Shown here: in pieces, positions 18,655 to 27,517 of the stretch
Position numbering within the stretch: position 1 is the first letter of the stretch
Layout: each line of letters starts with the position of its first letter
Source of the DNA: Polyangiaceae bacterium
GTDB lineage: Bacteria; Myxococcota_A; Polyangia; Polyangiales; Polyangiaceae
Assembly (NCBI GenBank): GCA_044222475.1
Contig: JBGANF010000028.1
Location: 1 to 64,000, forward strand
Direction of reading: 5' to 3'
Length of the DNA stretch: 64,000 bases
Notes under the pieces: model-generated
Database searches by the model: none
What the model was told of the DNA's origin: nothing
Seen by the model: the letters and a program-made list of their open reading frames with translations, nothing else
Translations under genes and position numbers: made by a program

Positions 18655-19272
18655 TCACCGCGCCGACGGCGGGTGGACCCCGACCTCTTCGAGCGCGTGG
18701 CTCAAGGTCGCGAGCGCACCCTCCAGCTTTCGCATGAACGAAGCGTGGTGGCGCACCAGGTGAAAGCGCGGGTGCTTCGACCACACCGCGCGGAGTCGCC
18801 GGTCGAGCTCCATCGCCTCTTCGCGATCCTCGATGCGGATCGGGTTGGGCCCCTCGACGAACAGGTCGCCGGCGGCCGCCGTCTCGAAGAAGATCACGGT
18901 GTCGTAGCGTCCGAGCTCGGCCTCCTCGGTCGTGCCGAGCGATCGGAAGTACTCGTCCTCGCCGTCGGGCCAGTAGACGACGCCGTCGAGCGTCCCACGG
19001 TCGCAGAGGAGAACGCGGTTCGGGAACAGCGCGGCCTGCGCGTCTTCGAGGTTTCGCTGCACGTGGTAGATGGCGCGCTGGGCGGCGCGGCGAGCGTGAA
19101 CGTCGCGCGCGCGGGGAAATCCGCCGGAGAAGAGCAGCGTCGCCGCCTCCGGCACGACCGCCACCGCGTCGCCGATCTCGCGGCGAAAGAGATCGGCCGC
19201 GGTGGTCTTTCCGCCGCCGGGGCCTCCGGTGACGACCATCCGACAGTTGTCTCGACGGCGATGGTGCGACAT
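18655..19272 (-). CDS. P-loop ATPase/kinase (AAA_28/NadR-like)
   Basis: VVTGGPGGGKTT, VPEAA, CDRGTLD. Confidence 0.8.
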   Translation of the reverse strand: MSHHRRRDNCRMVVTGGPGGGKTTAADLFRREIGDAVAVVPEAATLLFSGGFPRARDVHARRAAQRAIYHVQRNLEDAQAALFPNRVLLCDRGTLDGVVYWPDGEDEYFRSLGTTEEAELGRYDTVIFFETAAAGDLFVEGPNPIRIEDREEAMELDRRLRAVWSKHPRFHLVRHHASFMRKLEGALATLSHALEEVGVHPPSAR

Positions 19273-20003
19273 CAGGCGAAGTGTCCCGTGGCGAGGATGG
19301 CGCGCGCGATCTTGCCGAGCGCGCGGTCGAGGAGCATCGCTTCGAACGCGGAGCGCTCCTTCCGAAGCATGACGATGTGTTGATCCCACCAGCTCGGGAC
19401 GTCGCCGGGGCGACGCGCCTTCGCGATGGCATGCACGAGGACGAGCAGCTCGGCTCGCTCGGGCAGCTCCTCCGAGCGTGCGAGGCGCGCGAGGTACGGC
19501 ACGGCGCGAGCGCTCGCCTGGTAGACGACGCCCGATCGTACCAAATTGGAGCGTAGCTTCCGGTGCGCCTCGGCCCGCTTGTCCCCATCGGTCGAGGCGG
19601 CGAGCCAGAGCTCGTACGGGAGATCCTCGGCGGTGCCGTGGGCGTGGCGCCAGCGGCCCCACGGCTCGTCGAAGAGGCCGAGGAACACCTCCTCGGTCAC
19701 GAGCACCGGCTCGAGCGCGGCGCGCATGGTCAAGGTCGGCGCGATCTGGAGCGTGCGCGCGTACACGCCGATGATCGAAGCCGTCGTCGAGAGGGCCTTA
19801 CCGGTCAGGTTGGGCTGGTTCATCGGCCCGACCGGCTCGGTCGTGACGCGGATCGTCGCGAGGTCGAACAGCGTGAAGCGCGCCGCCGCGCCCGGAGCGA
19901 CCGCAGCGGCGAGCGCGTTGCGGTACGCGCGGAGCACCTTCTTCACCGCCTCGACGGACTCTCCCGTCTGCTCTGCGAGCTGGGCGACGAGGGGATCGAC
20001 CAT
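19272..20003 (-). CDS. Hypothetical protein: HU/IHF-like N-terminus plus helical C-terminal domain
   Basis: LVAQLAEQTGESVEAVKKVL..; C-terminal WRHAHGTAEDLP..VYQASARAVPYL. Confidence 0.5.
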   Translation of the reverse strand: MVDPLVAQLAEQTGESVEAVKKVLRAYRNALAAAVAPGAAARFTLFDLATIRVTTEPVGPMNQPNLTGKALSTTASIIGVYARTLQIAPTLTMRAALEPVLVTEEVFLGLFDEPWGRWRHAHGTAEDLPYELWLAASTDGDKRAEAHRKLRSNLVRSGVVYQASARAVPYLARLARSEELPERAELLVLVHAIAKARRPGDVPSWWDQHIVMLRKERSAFEAMLLDRALGKIARAILATGHFA

Positions 20004-20051
20004 GGGAATACGATCGCACCTCGGCGAGAAAAAAGCACGCTTTCAGGCTAG

Positions 20052-21995
20052 TTACGGGACCGCCTCGGCCTTCAGTCGGGCGATGAAGTCGGCGAGCGGC
20101 AGCGCGCCGAGCTCGCCCGCGTCGCGCGAGCGAACGCCGACCGCACCGGTCTCGGCTTCTTTCAAGCCGACGACGAGGATGTAGGGGTAGCGCGCATGCC
20201 GCGCGTTCCGGATCTTCGCTCCGAGCTTGTCGGAGCTGAGGTCGGCGTCGACGCGGAAACCCTCGGCCTCGAGGGTGGCGTGGACCTTCTTGGCGTAGTC
20301 GTCGGCTTTGTCGCTGACGGTGAGCACGATGGCCTGCTTCGGCGCGATCCACGCCGGGAAATTCCCGCCGCAGTGCTCGAGGTACACGGCGAAGAACCGC
20401 TCGAGGGATCCGAGGATCGCGCGGTGGAGCATCACCGGGCGGTGATCCTTGCCGTCGTCGCCGGTGTACGCGAGGTCGAAGCGCTGCGGCAGGTTCGGAT
20501 CGAACTGGATGGTGCCGAGCTGCCACGATCGCTTCAGCGCGTCGTGCACGTGGAACTCGACCTTGGGCCCGTAGAACGCGCCCTCGCCGGGGCTGATCTC
20601 GAACGGGAGCCCGGCCGCCTTGAGACCCACGTCGAGCGCGCCCTCGGCGCGATCCCACTCTTCGTCGGTGCCGATGCGCTTCTCGGGGCGGGTCGCGAGC
20701 TTGATGTCGATGCGCTCGAACTTGAAGGTCTTGTAGACGCCGTAGAGGAACTTGATGAAGCGCTCGATCTCGGACGCGACCTGCTTCTCTTCGCAGAAGA
20801 CGTGCGCGTCGTCCTGAGCGAACGAGCGAACGCGCGCCAGACCGTGCACGACGCCGCCGCGTTCGTAACGGTGGAGACGCGCGAAGTCGGCTACTCGCCA
20901 CGGGAGCTCGCGGTAGCTGCGCTTGCGCGAGCCGAAGATCACGCAGTGGCTCGGGCAGTTCATCGGCTTGAGCCCGAACGCGTCCTTCTCGAGCGCGGCG
21001 TGCACCTTCTTCGCGTCGGCGCTCTTCAGGTCTTCGGCGAGCGCCTCGACGTGATCGTCGGTCCAGAGGCGGTACATGTTCTCCTGGTAGTTCGGGAGGT
21101 GACCGCTGGTCCGGAAGATGCTCGGCGAGTAGGCGAGCGGGGTGATGACCTCTTCGTAGCCCTCGCGCGCGTAGAGGGTCCGCATGTGGTCGACGAGCTT
21201 GTTGTAGACGTACGCGCCCTTCGGCAAGAAGAACGGCATCGCCGGAGCGACCTCGTGGAACATGAAGAGGTCGAGCTCTTTGCCGAGCTTGCGGTGATCG
21301 CGGGCCTTCGCCTCTTCGATGAGCTTGAGGTGCTCCGCGAGCGCCTCCTTCGACGGGAACGCGGTCCCGTAGATGCGCTGCAGCATTGGGTTGCGCTCGT
21401 CGCCGCGCCAGTACGCGCCGGCGACGCTGGTGAGCTTGATCGCCTTCAGCCACCCAGTCGACGGAACGTGCGGCCCCTCGCAGACGTCGAACCACTCCTT
21501 GCCGGGCTCGCCGTGTTTGTAGAGGCTGATCTCCTCGCCCTCGGGGATGGATCGGATGATCTCGACCTTGAAGGTCTCACCCATCTTCTCGAAGATCGCG
21601 AGCGCTTCGTTGCGCGAGACGACCTCGCGGCGAAAGGGAGAGTCCTTGTTGATGACGTCGAACATCGCGCGCTCGATCTTGGCGAGGTCCTCGTCGCTGA
21701 AGGTGCCGTCGGGCTTGGCGAAGTCGTAATAGAAGCCGTCGTCGATGGCGGGGCCGATGGTGACCTTGGTGCCGGGGAAGAGCCGTTGCACCGCGTCGGC
21801 CATGACGTGCGCGGTCGAGTGGCGGATGACCTGGATCCCAGCCGGCTCGGTCGCCTTGATGGGGACGAGCGCGCTGTTCTCGGCGACCGGGGTGTGGAGA
21901 TCGACGGTTCGGTCGCCGAGCTTGACGGCGACGACGTCTTTCTCGAGCTGGCCTCGAGCTTTGAGGATTTCGCGGGGGGTCGAGCGGCCTTCCAT
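20052..21995 (-). CDS. thrS: Threonine--tRNA ligase
   Basis: RHSTAH, CEGPHV, RDHRKLG, KPMNCP, HRYE, QDDAH, GAFYGPK, HRAILGSLERF. Confidence 0.98.
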   Translation of the reverse strand: MEGRSTPREILKARGQLEKDVVAVKLGDRTVDLHTPVAENSALVPIKATEPAGIQVIRHSTAHVMADAVQRLFPGTKVTIGPAIDDGFYYDFAKPDGTFSDEDLAKIERAMFDVINKDSPFRREVVSRNEALAIFEKMGETFKVEIIRSIPEGEEISLYKHGEPGKEWFDVCEGPHVPSTGWLKAIKLTSVAGAYWRGDERNPMLQRIYGTAFPSKEALAEHLKLIEEAKARDHRKLGKELDLFMFHEVAPAMPFFLPKGAYVYNKLVDHMRTLYAREGYEEVITPLAYSPSIFRTSGHLPNYQENMYRLWTDDHVEALAEDLKSADAKKVHAALEKDAFGLKPMNCPSHCVIFGSRKRSYRELPWRVADFARLHRYERGGVVHGLARVRSFAQDDAHVFCEEKQVASEIERFIKFLYGVYKTFKFERIDIKLATRPEKRIGTDEEWDRAEGALDVGLKAAGLPFEISPGEGAFYGPKVEFHVHDALKRSWQLGTIQFDPNLPQRFDLAYTGDDGKDHRPVMLHRAILGSLERFFAVYLEHCGGNFPAWIAPKQAIVLTVSDKADDYAKKVHATLEAEGFRVDADLSSDKLGAKIRNARHARYPYILVVGLKEAETGAVGVRSRDAGELGALPLADFIARLKAEAVP

Positions 21996-22048
21996 GGCGT
22001 TCCCTCTTAGCAGACGGGGCGCGCTTTGGCAGACTGACTGCGCCGGGC

Positions 22049-22474
22049 CTAGCGAGTCCCCGATGCCGTGATGCTGCGGAGGCGACGCATCGCGCCGAGG
22101 AAGGCGACCTCCTCGGTGTAGCACTCGACGCGAACCGACGTGGAGAGACGCAAGGCGGTGAGCCCCATCGAGACGATCGGAGCGTTCGCGTGCACGTGGA
22201 TGCTCTTCACCGAGGGCAGCTCGCGAACCATGTCCGCCAGGTCGGCTCGCACCTTCGGCGCATAGCCGGACACGTCGGGCCAGGAGAGGAAGACGTCGAT
22301 CGTGGCGTACTTGCGGAGGGTCGCTCGGCACTGCTCGACGAGAAGCTCGCCCATGGCGATCGTGAGCTGGCCCTCGGCGGCCGACACGACGAGGCCGGGC
22401 ATCAGCGGCCACGCCGCGAGGAACGCGTCGCCGTTCCGCTCGATGGCCGCGTCGTTGGGAATGCGAATGGTCAC
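22049..22474 (-). CDS. Hypothetical protein (STAS/SEC14-like small domain)
   Basis: Plausible codon use; W.DVSGY...VR and IVSMG patterns. Confidence 0.45.
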   Translation of the reverse strand: MTIRIPNDAAIERNGDAFLAAWPLMPGLVVSAAEGQLTIAMGELLVEQCRATLRKYATIDVFLSWPDVSGYAPKVRADLADMVRELPSVKSIHVHANAPIVSMGLTALRLSTSVRVECYTEEVAFLGAMRRLRSITASGTR

Positions 22475-22513
22475 TGTAAACTCGGAAGTGTACGCGAACT
22501 CCGCCGCGCGGGC

Positions 22514-22945
22514 CTATTTTTGGAGCGCGCTCTCGGCCTCGGCCAGCAGCTCCGCGAGCCTCGGCAGCGGCCGGCCCACCGTCTCCTCGAGGAACTTCCG
22601 CGCCGGCTCGACCTCGGTGAACCAGCGCGAGGCGTAGTGGGGCTTTCGGATCCAATCGAGCGCCGTACCCATCATGCGCAGCATGGGCGACTGCACGACG
22701 ACGGCGTTCACCGCGCTCGGACGGATCGTCCCGCGGAGGTCGGCCATCATCTTTCGCCCGCGGGCGTTCGGCATCTCGACGCCGTCGCGCATGATCTGGA
22801 GGAGCACCGGCCGTGTGCCGGCTTTGGTCTGCTCGCTGAGCTTCTCGATCGCGGCGCAGTAGTCGGCCCACTGAGCCTCGGCGAACGGTGGAGCGACGAT
22901 GATGACCGCGACCATCTCCTCCAAGTCGACCGCGGTGCCGAGCAC
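22514..22945 (-). CDS. Hypothetical protein (STAS/SEC14-like small domain)
   Basis: PNARGRK, AVVVQSPMLR, TALDW, FTEVEPARKFL. Confidence 0.55.
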   Translation of the reverse strand: MLGTAVDLEEMVAVIIVAPPFAEAQWADYCAAIEKLSEQTKAGTRPVLLQIMRDGVEMPNARGRKMMADLRGTIRPSAVNAVVVQSPMLRMMGTALDWIRKPHYASRWFTEVEPARKFLEETVGRPLPRLAELLAEAESALQK

Positions 22946-22954
22946 GTCAGGTCC

Positions 22955-24436
22955 TCACGTCCCTTGGGCCGGAGGCTCGGCCTGACCGAGCGGGAACATG
23001 CCGAGGCCCTCGAGCTTGAGCTCGATCGGCTTCTCTTCGAGCGCGCGCTCGACTGCCTCGGCCATCACCGGCTCCCACGGCTTCGCCTCGAGGAGCGACG
23101 TCTCGAGCGGGATGAACGCGGCCTGATCGACGGCGAACGCCTTCGCGTCCGGCGTGATGAAGAGCACCTTCTCACTCGGCGATCCGAGCGCGCGGAAGAG
23201 CACCTCCGGCGAGACGGCCGGCGTCACGTCGTACCCGGCTGGGACGTACAGGCCCGGGTGGATCTCGACGAAGAACGTCCCGATCGGGATCGCCTCGATG
23301 CCCGACGCGCAGCGAACGACGGCGCCGCGATCGGTGACGGCGACCTCGGTGCGGGCGATCGTCTGGCGCGGGAGCGCGTACGCGATGCGCCGGAGCAGCG
23401 ACACTTCTTCTTTGGCGATCCACGTCGCGGTGACGTTGCGCCACGGCGCGGCCGAGGGCGTCACGCGCAGCGGGACGCGCACCGGCTCGGGTGCGGCGGT
23501 GGCCTGAGCCTTCCCCTCGCTGGCCGCGCTCCGCAGCTCGACGCGGGCGAACGCGCGGAGGTCACCCATCTGCGGCATGCGATCGAGCGTCCACGGCTCG
23601 TCGCCGCGGCCGCGCACGAGGACCATGCCGTTGGGATCGAACACCGGACACGCGCGGAGCTGCACCGGGTGGCGGTAGCCGATCTCGACGGAGGCGCCCG
23701 GCGACACCGGGAGAAACGTGGTGATGCCCGGCGTGCCGCGCATGAGCGGGCGCATGCGCGTGGGCAGCTCGGGGATCTTGATGATGTAGCGGCGCACCGG
23801 ACCTTCGTCGAAGCTCGACGCCGGAGGCCACTCGCCCACCGCGACCTCGCCGTCGACGCGCGAGCGCACGAAGTAGTGGATGAGCGCGGGACCGAGGCCC
23901 TGCTCCGCGACGAGGATGCGCGGGCCGGTCTCGTCTTCGGTCGACGGATCGACGTGGGGCATCAGCCGTAGCAAGAGCGCGCGGAGGTCGATCTTGCGCT
24001 CCGCGTCGTACCCCTGCGTGAATTTGTCGTGGTAGAGGACGAGCGCGTTCTCGGCGCCGAGCAGTTGGGACGCGTCGTACCCGAACGGCGCACCGGCGTC
24101 GCGGTACTGGACGAAGTGGCGGCTCGTGCCGGTGAAGGTGAACCCGCCGACGAGGCGAGCCGTCTCCGCCATGCGGTCCATGCGATCGCTCGACTCGGCC
24201 GCGAAGCTCAGCGTGATCTCGCGCGTGCCGAGCTTCGATCGCACGACCTCGATCTCGAGGCTCGGCATCAAGTCTTCGAGCGAGTGCTCGCGCGTGTAGA
24301 CGCTGAGCAGCGCGACGAGCCGATCGATCGACGGCACGAGCACGAGGCCCTTCGCCCCGAGCGCGACGCCCTTCGAGTCGAGCCCGAGGCCAGGCGTGCG
24401 CAGGCGCGTCTGGTGGAGGGCGATCCGGTCGAGCAT
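22955..24436 (-). CDS. Conserved hypothetical protein (493 aa)
   Basis: Long ORF with host-like codon use from MLDRIALHQ; motif FTGTSRHFVQYRD..APFGYD. Confidence 0.7.
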   Translation of the reverse strand: MLDRIALHQTRLRTPGLGLDSKGVALGAKGLVLVPSIDRLVALLSVYTREHSLEDLMPSLEIEVVRSKLGTREITLSFAAESSDRMDRMAETARLVGGFTFTGTSRHFVQYRDAGAPFGYDASQLLGAENALVLYHDKFTQGYDAERKIDLRALLLRLMPHVDPSTEDETGPRILVAEQGLGPALIHYFVRSRVDGEVAVGEWPPASSFDEGPVRRYIIKIPELPTRMRPLMRGTPGITTFLPVSPGASVEIGYRHPVQLRACPVFDPNGMVLVRGRGDEPWTLDRMPQMGDLRAFARVELRSAASEGKAQATAAPEPVRVPLRVTPSAAPWRNVTATWIAKEEVSLLRRIAYALPRQTIARTEVAVTDRGAVVRCASGIEAIPIGTFFVEIHPGLYVPAGYDVTPAVSPEVLFRALGSPSEKVLFITPDAKAFAVDQAAFIPLETSLLEAKPWEPVMAEAVERALEEKPIELKLEGLGMFPLGQAEPPAQGT

Positions 24437-24471
24437 CGCCGGCGAGCATAGCCCAAACCCTCGCCGCGGCG

Positions 24472-25176
24472 TCAGCCGAGAGCGAGCAGAGCGCCGAGCA
24501 CCGCCGCGGGCACCGTCTCGGTGCGCAGCACCAAGGGTCCGAGGTGGGCGACGGCGAAGCGTTGCGACTCGGCGACGGCGAGCTCTTCGTCGGTCAAGCC
24601 GCCCTCCGGTCCGGCGAAGAACGCCGTCGCCGCGCCGGGGACGAGGACGGAACGCAGCGGCTGCGCGCCCTTGGGGTGGAGGGCGATGCGAAGCGCGTCG
24701 TCCGGAGCGGTCGCGAGAGCGTCCTCGAGGGTGGCCGCGATCATCACCTGCGGTACGTCGGCGCGGCCGCACTGGCGCGCGGCCGACTCGGCGACCTTGC
24801 GCAGGCGCGCCTCGCGGTCGTCGCGCTTGTTCGGCGCGATCTTCGTGACGCTGCGCGCGGTCTCGACGAAGACGATCGCCGACACGCCGAGCTCGGTCGC
24901 ATCCTGCACGACGGAGCTCGACTTGTCGCTCTTCGGCATCCCATGGATCCACACGATGGGCGCCGCGCTCGCGGTGCGAGGCGAAGGCTCTTCGAGGTGG
25001 ATCCGCACGTGCTCCCCATCGACGGCCTCGATGATGCCGCCGGCGACGAGCCCGCCGCCGAACGCCTCGAAGCGATCTCCGCGGGCGAGCCGGAGGACGC
25101 GCGCAAGGTAATGCCCGGTGGGTCCGGACAACACGCGCTCGCCTTGCGAGAGACCAACCAGCGGTACTCGCCTCAC
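24472..25176 (-). CDS. rsmE: 16S rRNA m3U1498 methyltransferase
   Basis: HYLARVLRL, ATELGV, AARQCGR, GPEGG, LGPLVLRTET. Confidence 0.95.
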   Translation of the reverse strand: MRRVPLVGLSQGERVLSGPTGHYLARVLRLARGDRFEAFGGGLVAGGIIEAVDGEHVRIHLEEPSPRTASAAPIVWIHGMPKSDKSSSVVQDATELGVSAIVFVETARSVTKIAPNKRDDREARLRKVAESAARQCGRADVPQVMIAATLEDALATAPDDALRIALHPKGAQPLRSVLVPGAATAFFAGPEGGLTDEELAVAESQRFAVAHLGPLVLRTETVPAAVLGALLALG

Positions 25177-25201
25177 GACTCGACGTTAGCAGCTCGCGGC
25201 A

Positions 25202-25459
25202 TCAGAACCCCGGGCAATACGTCACCACACTTGCATCCTGGTCATACCAGACGCCGTTGTACTCGTACGCGCACGTGGAGACGCGCCCGCCAGCGTCGAC
25301 GCACACGTGCACGCACTGGTAGCCGCTCTTGCATGGCGCACACTGTGGCCGGTCGGTGGACGGCTGACCGGTCGTGCAGTCGACGAGCGAAGCCAATCCA
25401 GCGACCACCGCGACGACCCGGACAGCGCGTGCCACAAGTCGACGAGGTCGGAGTTCCAT
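25202..25459 (-). CDS. Small Cys-rich secreted protein or lipoprotein
   Basis: Basic N-terminus, hydrophobic stretch ending in Cys, six further Cys. Confidence 0.55.
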   Translation of the reverse strand: MELRPRRLVARAVRVVAVVAGLASLVDCTTGQPSTDRPQCAPCKSGYQCVHVCVDAGGRVSTCAYEYNGVWYDQDASVVTYCPGF

Positions 25460-25580
25460 GGGTCTCGACCGTCATGATAGCGGATCGTCGCCGTGCTCAC
25501 AGGATGTGTCGCGGAGTCGCGCACGTGCCCGCGCACGAGCGCGAGCACGAAGGCGGGCTATGAACAGGCCACAGGGCTCG

Positions 25581-26522
25581 TCACGCTCGGTACACGAGCG
25601 CGACCCACTCGCCCTTCGACGGCGACTCCAGCATGCGCAGCGAAGGCGCTCTGGCGAACGCGGCCCGCACCGCGTCTTTGCGCGTCTGCAGGATGCCCGA
25701 CAGCACGAGGAGCCCGCCCGGCGCCACGCGGCGAACGAGCTCGGGCTCCATGCCGATCAGGACGTCGGCCTCGATGTTGGCCACGACGACCGGAAACGAG
25801 CGATCGATCGCATCGACCGGGAGCGCCGAAAATCGCGTGCAGGATGCAAGTGAATTGCGGGCCGCGTTCTCGTTCGCGACCGCGATGGCGTCCGCGTCGA
25901 CGTCGATCCCGACGGCGTCTTTCGCCCCGAGCGCAATCGCGACGAGGGCGAGGATCCCGCTCCCGGTGCCGACGTCGAGCGCGCTCTTGCCGGTGATCTC
26001 CTTGCGCCGCGACGCGAGCGCCTGGGCCACCAGCGCGGTCGTCTCGTGGAGGCCGGTGCCGAACGCGCGCCCCGGCTCGAGCTCGAGGATGCGCGCGCCG
26101 GCGCTCTCCTTCGCCGGGACCTTCTCCCACGGAGGCCGGATGAAGACCCCGGCGCAGAGCTCGAACGGCTTGAAGTGCTTCTTCCACTCGTCGCGCCAGC
26201 GGTCACCGACGAGGACCTCGACCTTGGGCGAGAACAAGGCCGACAGGTTGCGCTTGGCCGCTCGCGCCTCGGCCTCGCCGGGGAAGCTCGCCATGACCGT
26301 GACCTTGCCGGTCGTGCCCTTCTCCAGCGTCGTGTCGTCGCGCTCTTCGAGGCCCAGGGCACCCAGCGCGAAGAGCTGATCGGAGAGCGTCCCTACGTGC
26401 TCGGACCGCGCGTTCGCTCGCACGAACCAGAAGCGCGGCTCGGCCTTCTTTGCGACGACCTTCTTCTTCTTCTTTGGCGCGGCGCTCGGCGCGCGCTTCG
26501 GCGCGGCCTTCTTCCGGGTCAT
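25581..26522 (-). CDS. prmA: Ribosomal protein L11 methyltransferase
   Basis: WKKHFKP, EPGRAFGTGLHETT, LDVGTGSGIL, VANI, LSGIL. Confidence 0.95.
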   Translation of the reverse strand: MTRKKAAPKRAPSAAPKKKKKVVAKKAEPRFWFVRANARSEHVGTLSDQLFALGALGLEERDDTTLEKGTTGKVTVMASFPGEAEARAAKRNLSALFSPKVEVLVGDRWRDEWKKHFKPFELCAGVFIRPPWEKVPAKESAGARILELEPGRAFGTGLHETTALVAQALASRRKEITGKSALDVGTGSGILALVAIALGAKDAVGIDVDADAIAVANENAARNSLASCTRFSALPVDAIDRSFPVVVANIEADVLIGMEPELVRRVAPGGLLVLSGILQTRKDAVRAAFARAPSLRMLESPSKGEWVALVYRA

Positions 26523-27421
26523 TCGTTGATGCTGATGCTCACGGTGCTCTTGCCAGCGGCGCCGCCGCTGAAGACACCCGCGACCGCGAGGATGACGAGC
26601 GTGGCGCCGATGACGACGACACCGCCGCCGATCGCCACGGGGATGATCCACGCCTTGCTCGGCTCGGGGACGGCGACGCGGAGGGGCGCCGCGGCGTCGC
26701 CGCGCGAGACGATCGGGAGGTTACCCTTGTCGTATCCCTCGAAGTAGTACTCGACGAGAGGCGGTTGAACGACGGTCTTGGGGATCGTCGCCTTGGCCGT
26801 GCCGCCGCCGAGGATCGCGTCGATCGAGATGAACTTGCCCTTGGAGCCGCCGCGGTAGAAGAGCTTCACGCCGTAGACGCGGCCTTGCGGGTCGTCGAGC
26901 TTGATCGAGAGCGGGATGTCGGTGTTGCGGTCGACCTGCGACGGCGAGCTGTGCGCCATCCCGACGGCGGCCGGCGGAGGCTCGGTCGCCTTGACGAGAC
27001 CGGGGCGGCCTTCGTCTTCCCACTTCTTCTGGGTGGCGGCGAAGAAGTCGCGGAACCGCGGCGACTCGCTCGAAGGGAGCTTGTACTCCGGGTTGAGCGC
27101 GAGGAGACCGCGGACGGCGGACTCGGACTCGTCCTTGCGGTTGAGGGTGATGTAGTTCAGCGCGAGGAGGCGGTAGATCTCGACCTTCTGATCGATCGTG
27201 TTGTTCGGGCGCAAGAGCGCCGCGGACAGGGTCTGGATCGACTCCTCGTACTGCTGGTCGTCGAAGAGGTTGCGGCCGCGCGTCACGAGGTCCTGGGCCG
27301 GTCGCGCTTGGGCGAACGCCGGGAGGGCGGATGTGAGGACGACGGAGTGCACCGCGGCGAAGAGACACACGACGGCGGCGATGCGCGCAAAGAGGGAACG
27401 GGAACCTGACGACGAAGACAT
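26519..27421 (-). CDS. Exported TPR-like protein with C-terminal membrane anchor
   Basis: Signal peptide ending AFA, helical repeat region, beta-rich domain, C-terminal hydrophobic helix. Confidence 0.65.
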   Translation of the reverse strand: MSSSSGSRSLFARIAAVVCLFAAVHSVVLTSALPAFAQARPAQDLVTRGRNLFDDQQYEESIQTLSAALLRPNNTIDQKVEIYRLLALNYITLNRKDESESAVRGLLALNPEYKLPSSESPRFRDFFAATQKKWEDEGRPGLVKATEPPPAAVGMAHSSPSQVDRNTDIPLSIKLDDPQGRVYGVKLFYRGGSKGKFISIDAILGGGTAKATIPKTVVQPPLVEYYFEGYDKGNLPIVSRGDAAAPLRVAVPEPSKAWIIPVAIGGGVVVIGATLVILAVAGVFSGGAAGKSTVSISINE

Positions 27422-27517
27422 CGGGCAGAGAGTACCCCGTTCTTCACCCCTGCGAAAGCACAGTACAATATCGGACAAGAGCTTGCGCAGAGGCCGTGGC
27501 GGACGCTACCTGAAAGC

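Noticed and set aside
20052..22871. 939-aa ThrRS and other N-terminally extended ORF-track calls (hcrA 1109 aa, hcrB 891 aa, kinase 817 aa)
   Set aside because: The extensions overlap other genes and read as non-coding frames; starts were reassigned at coupled or motif-supported codons
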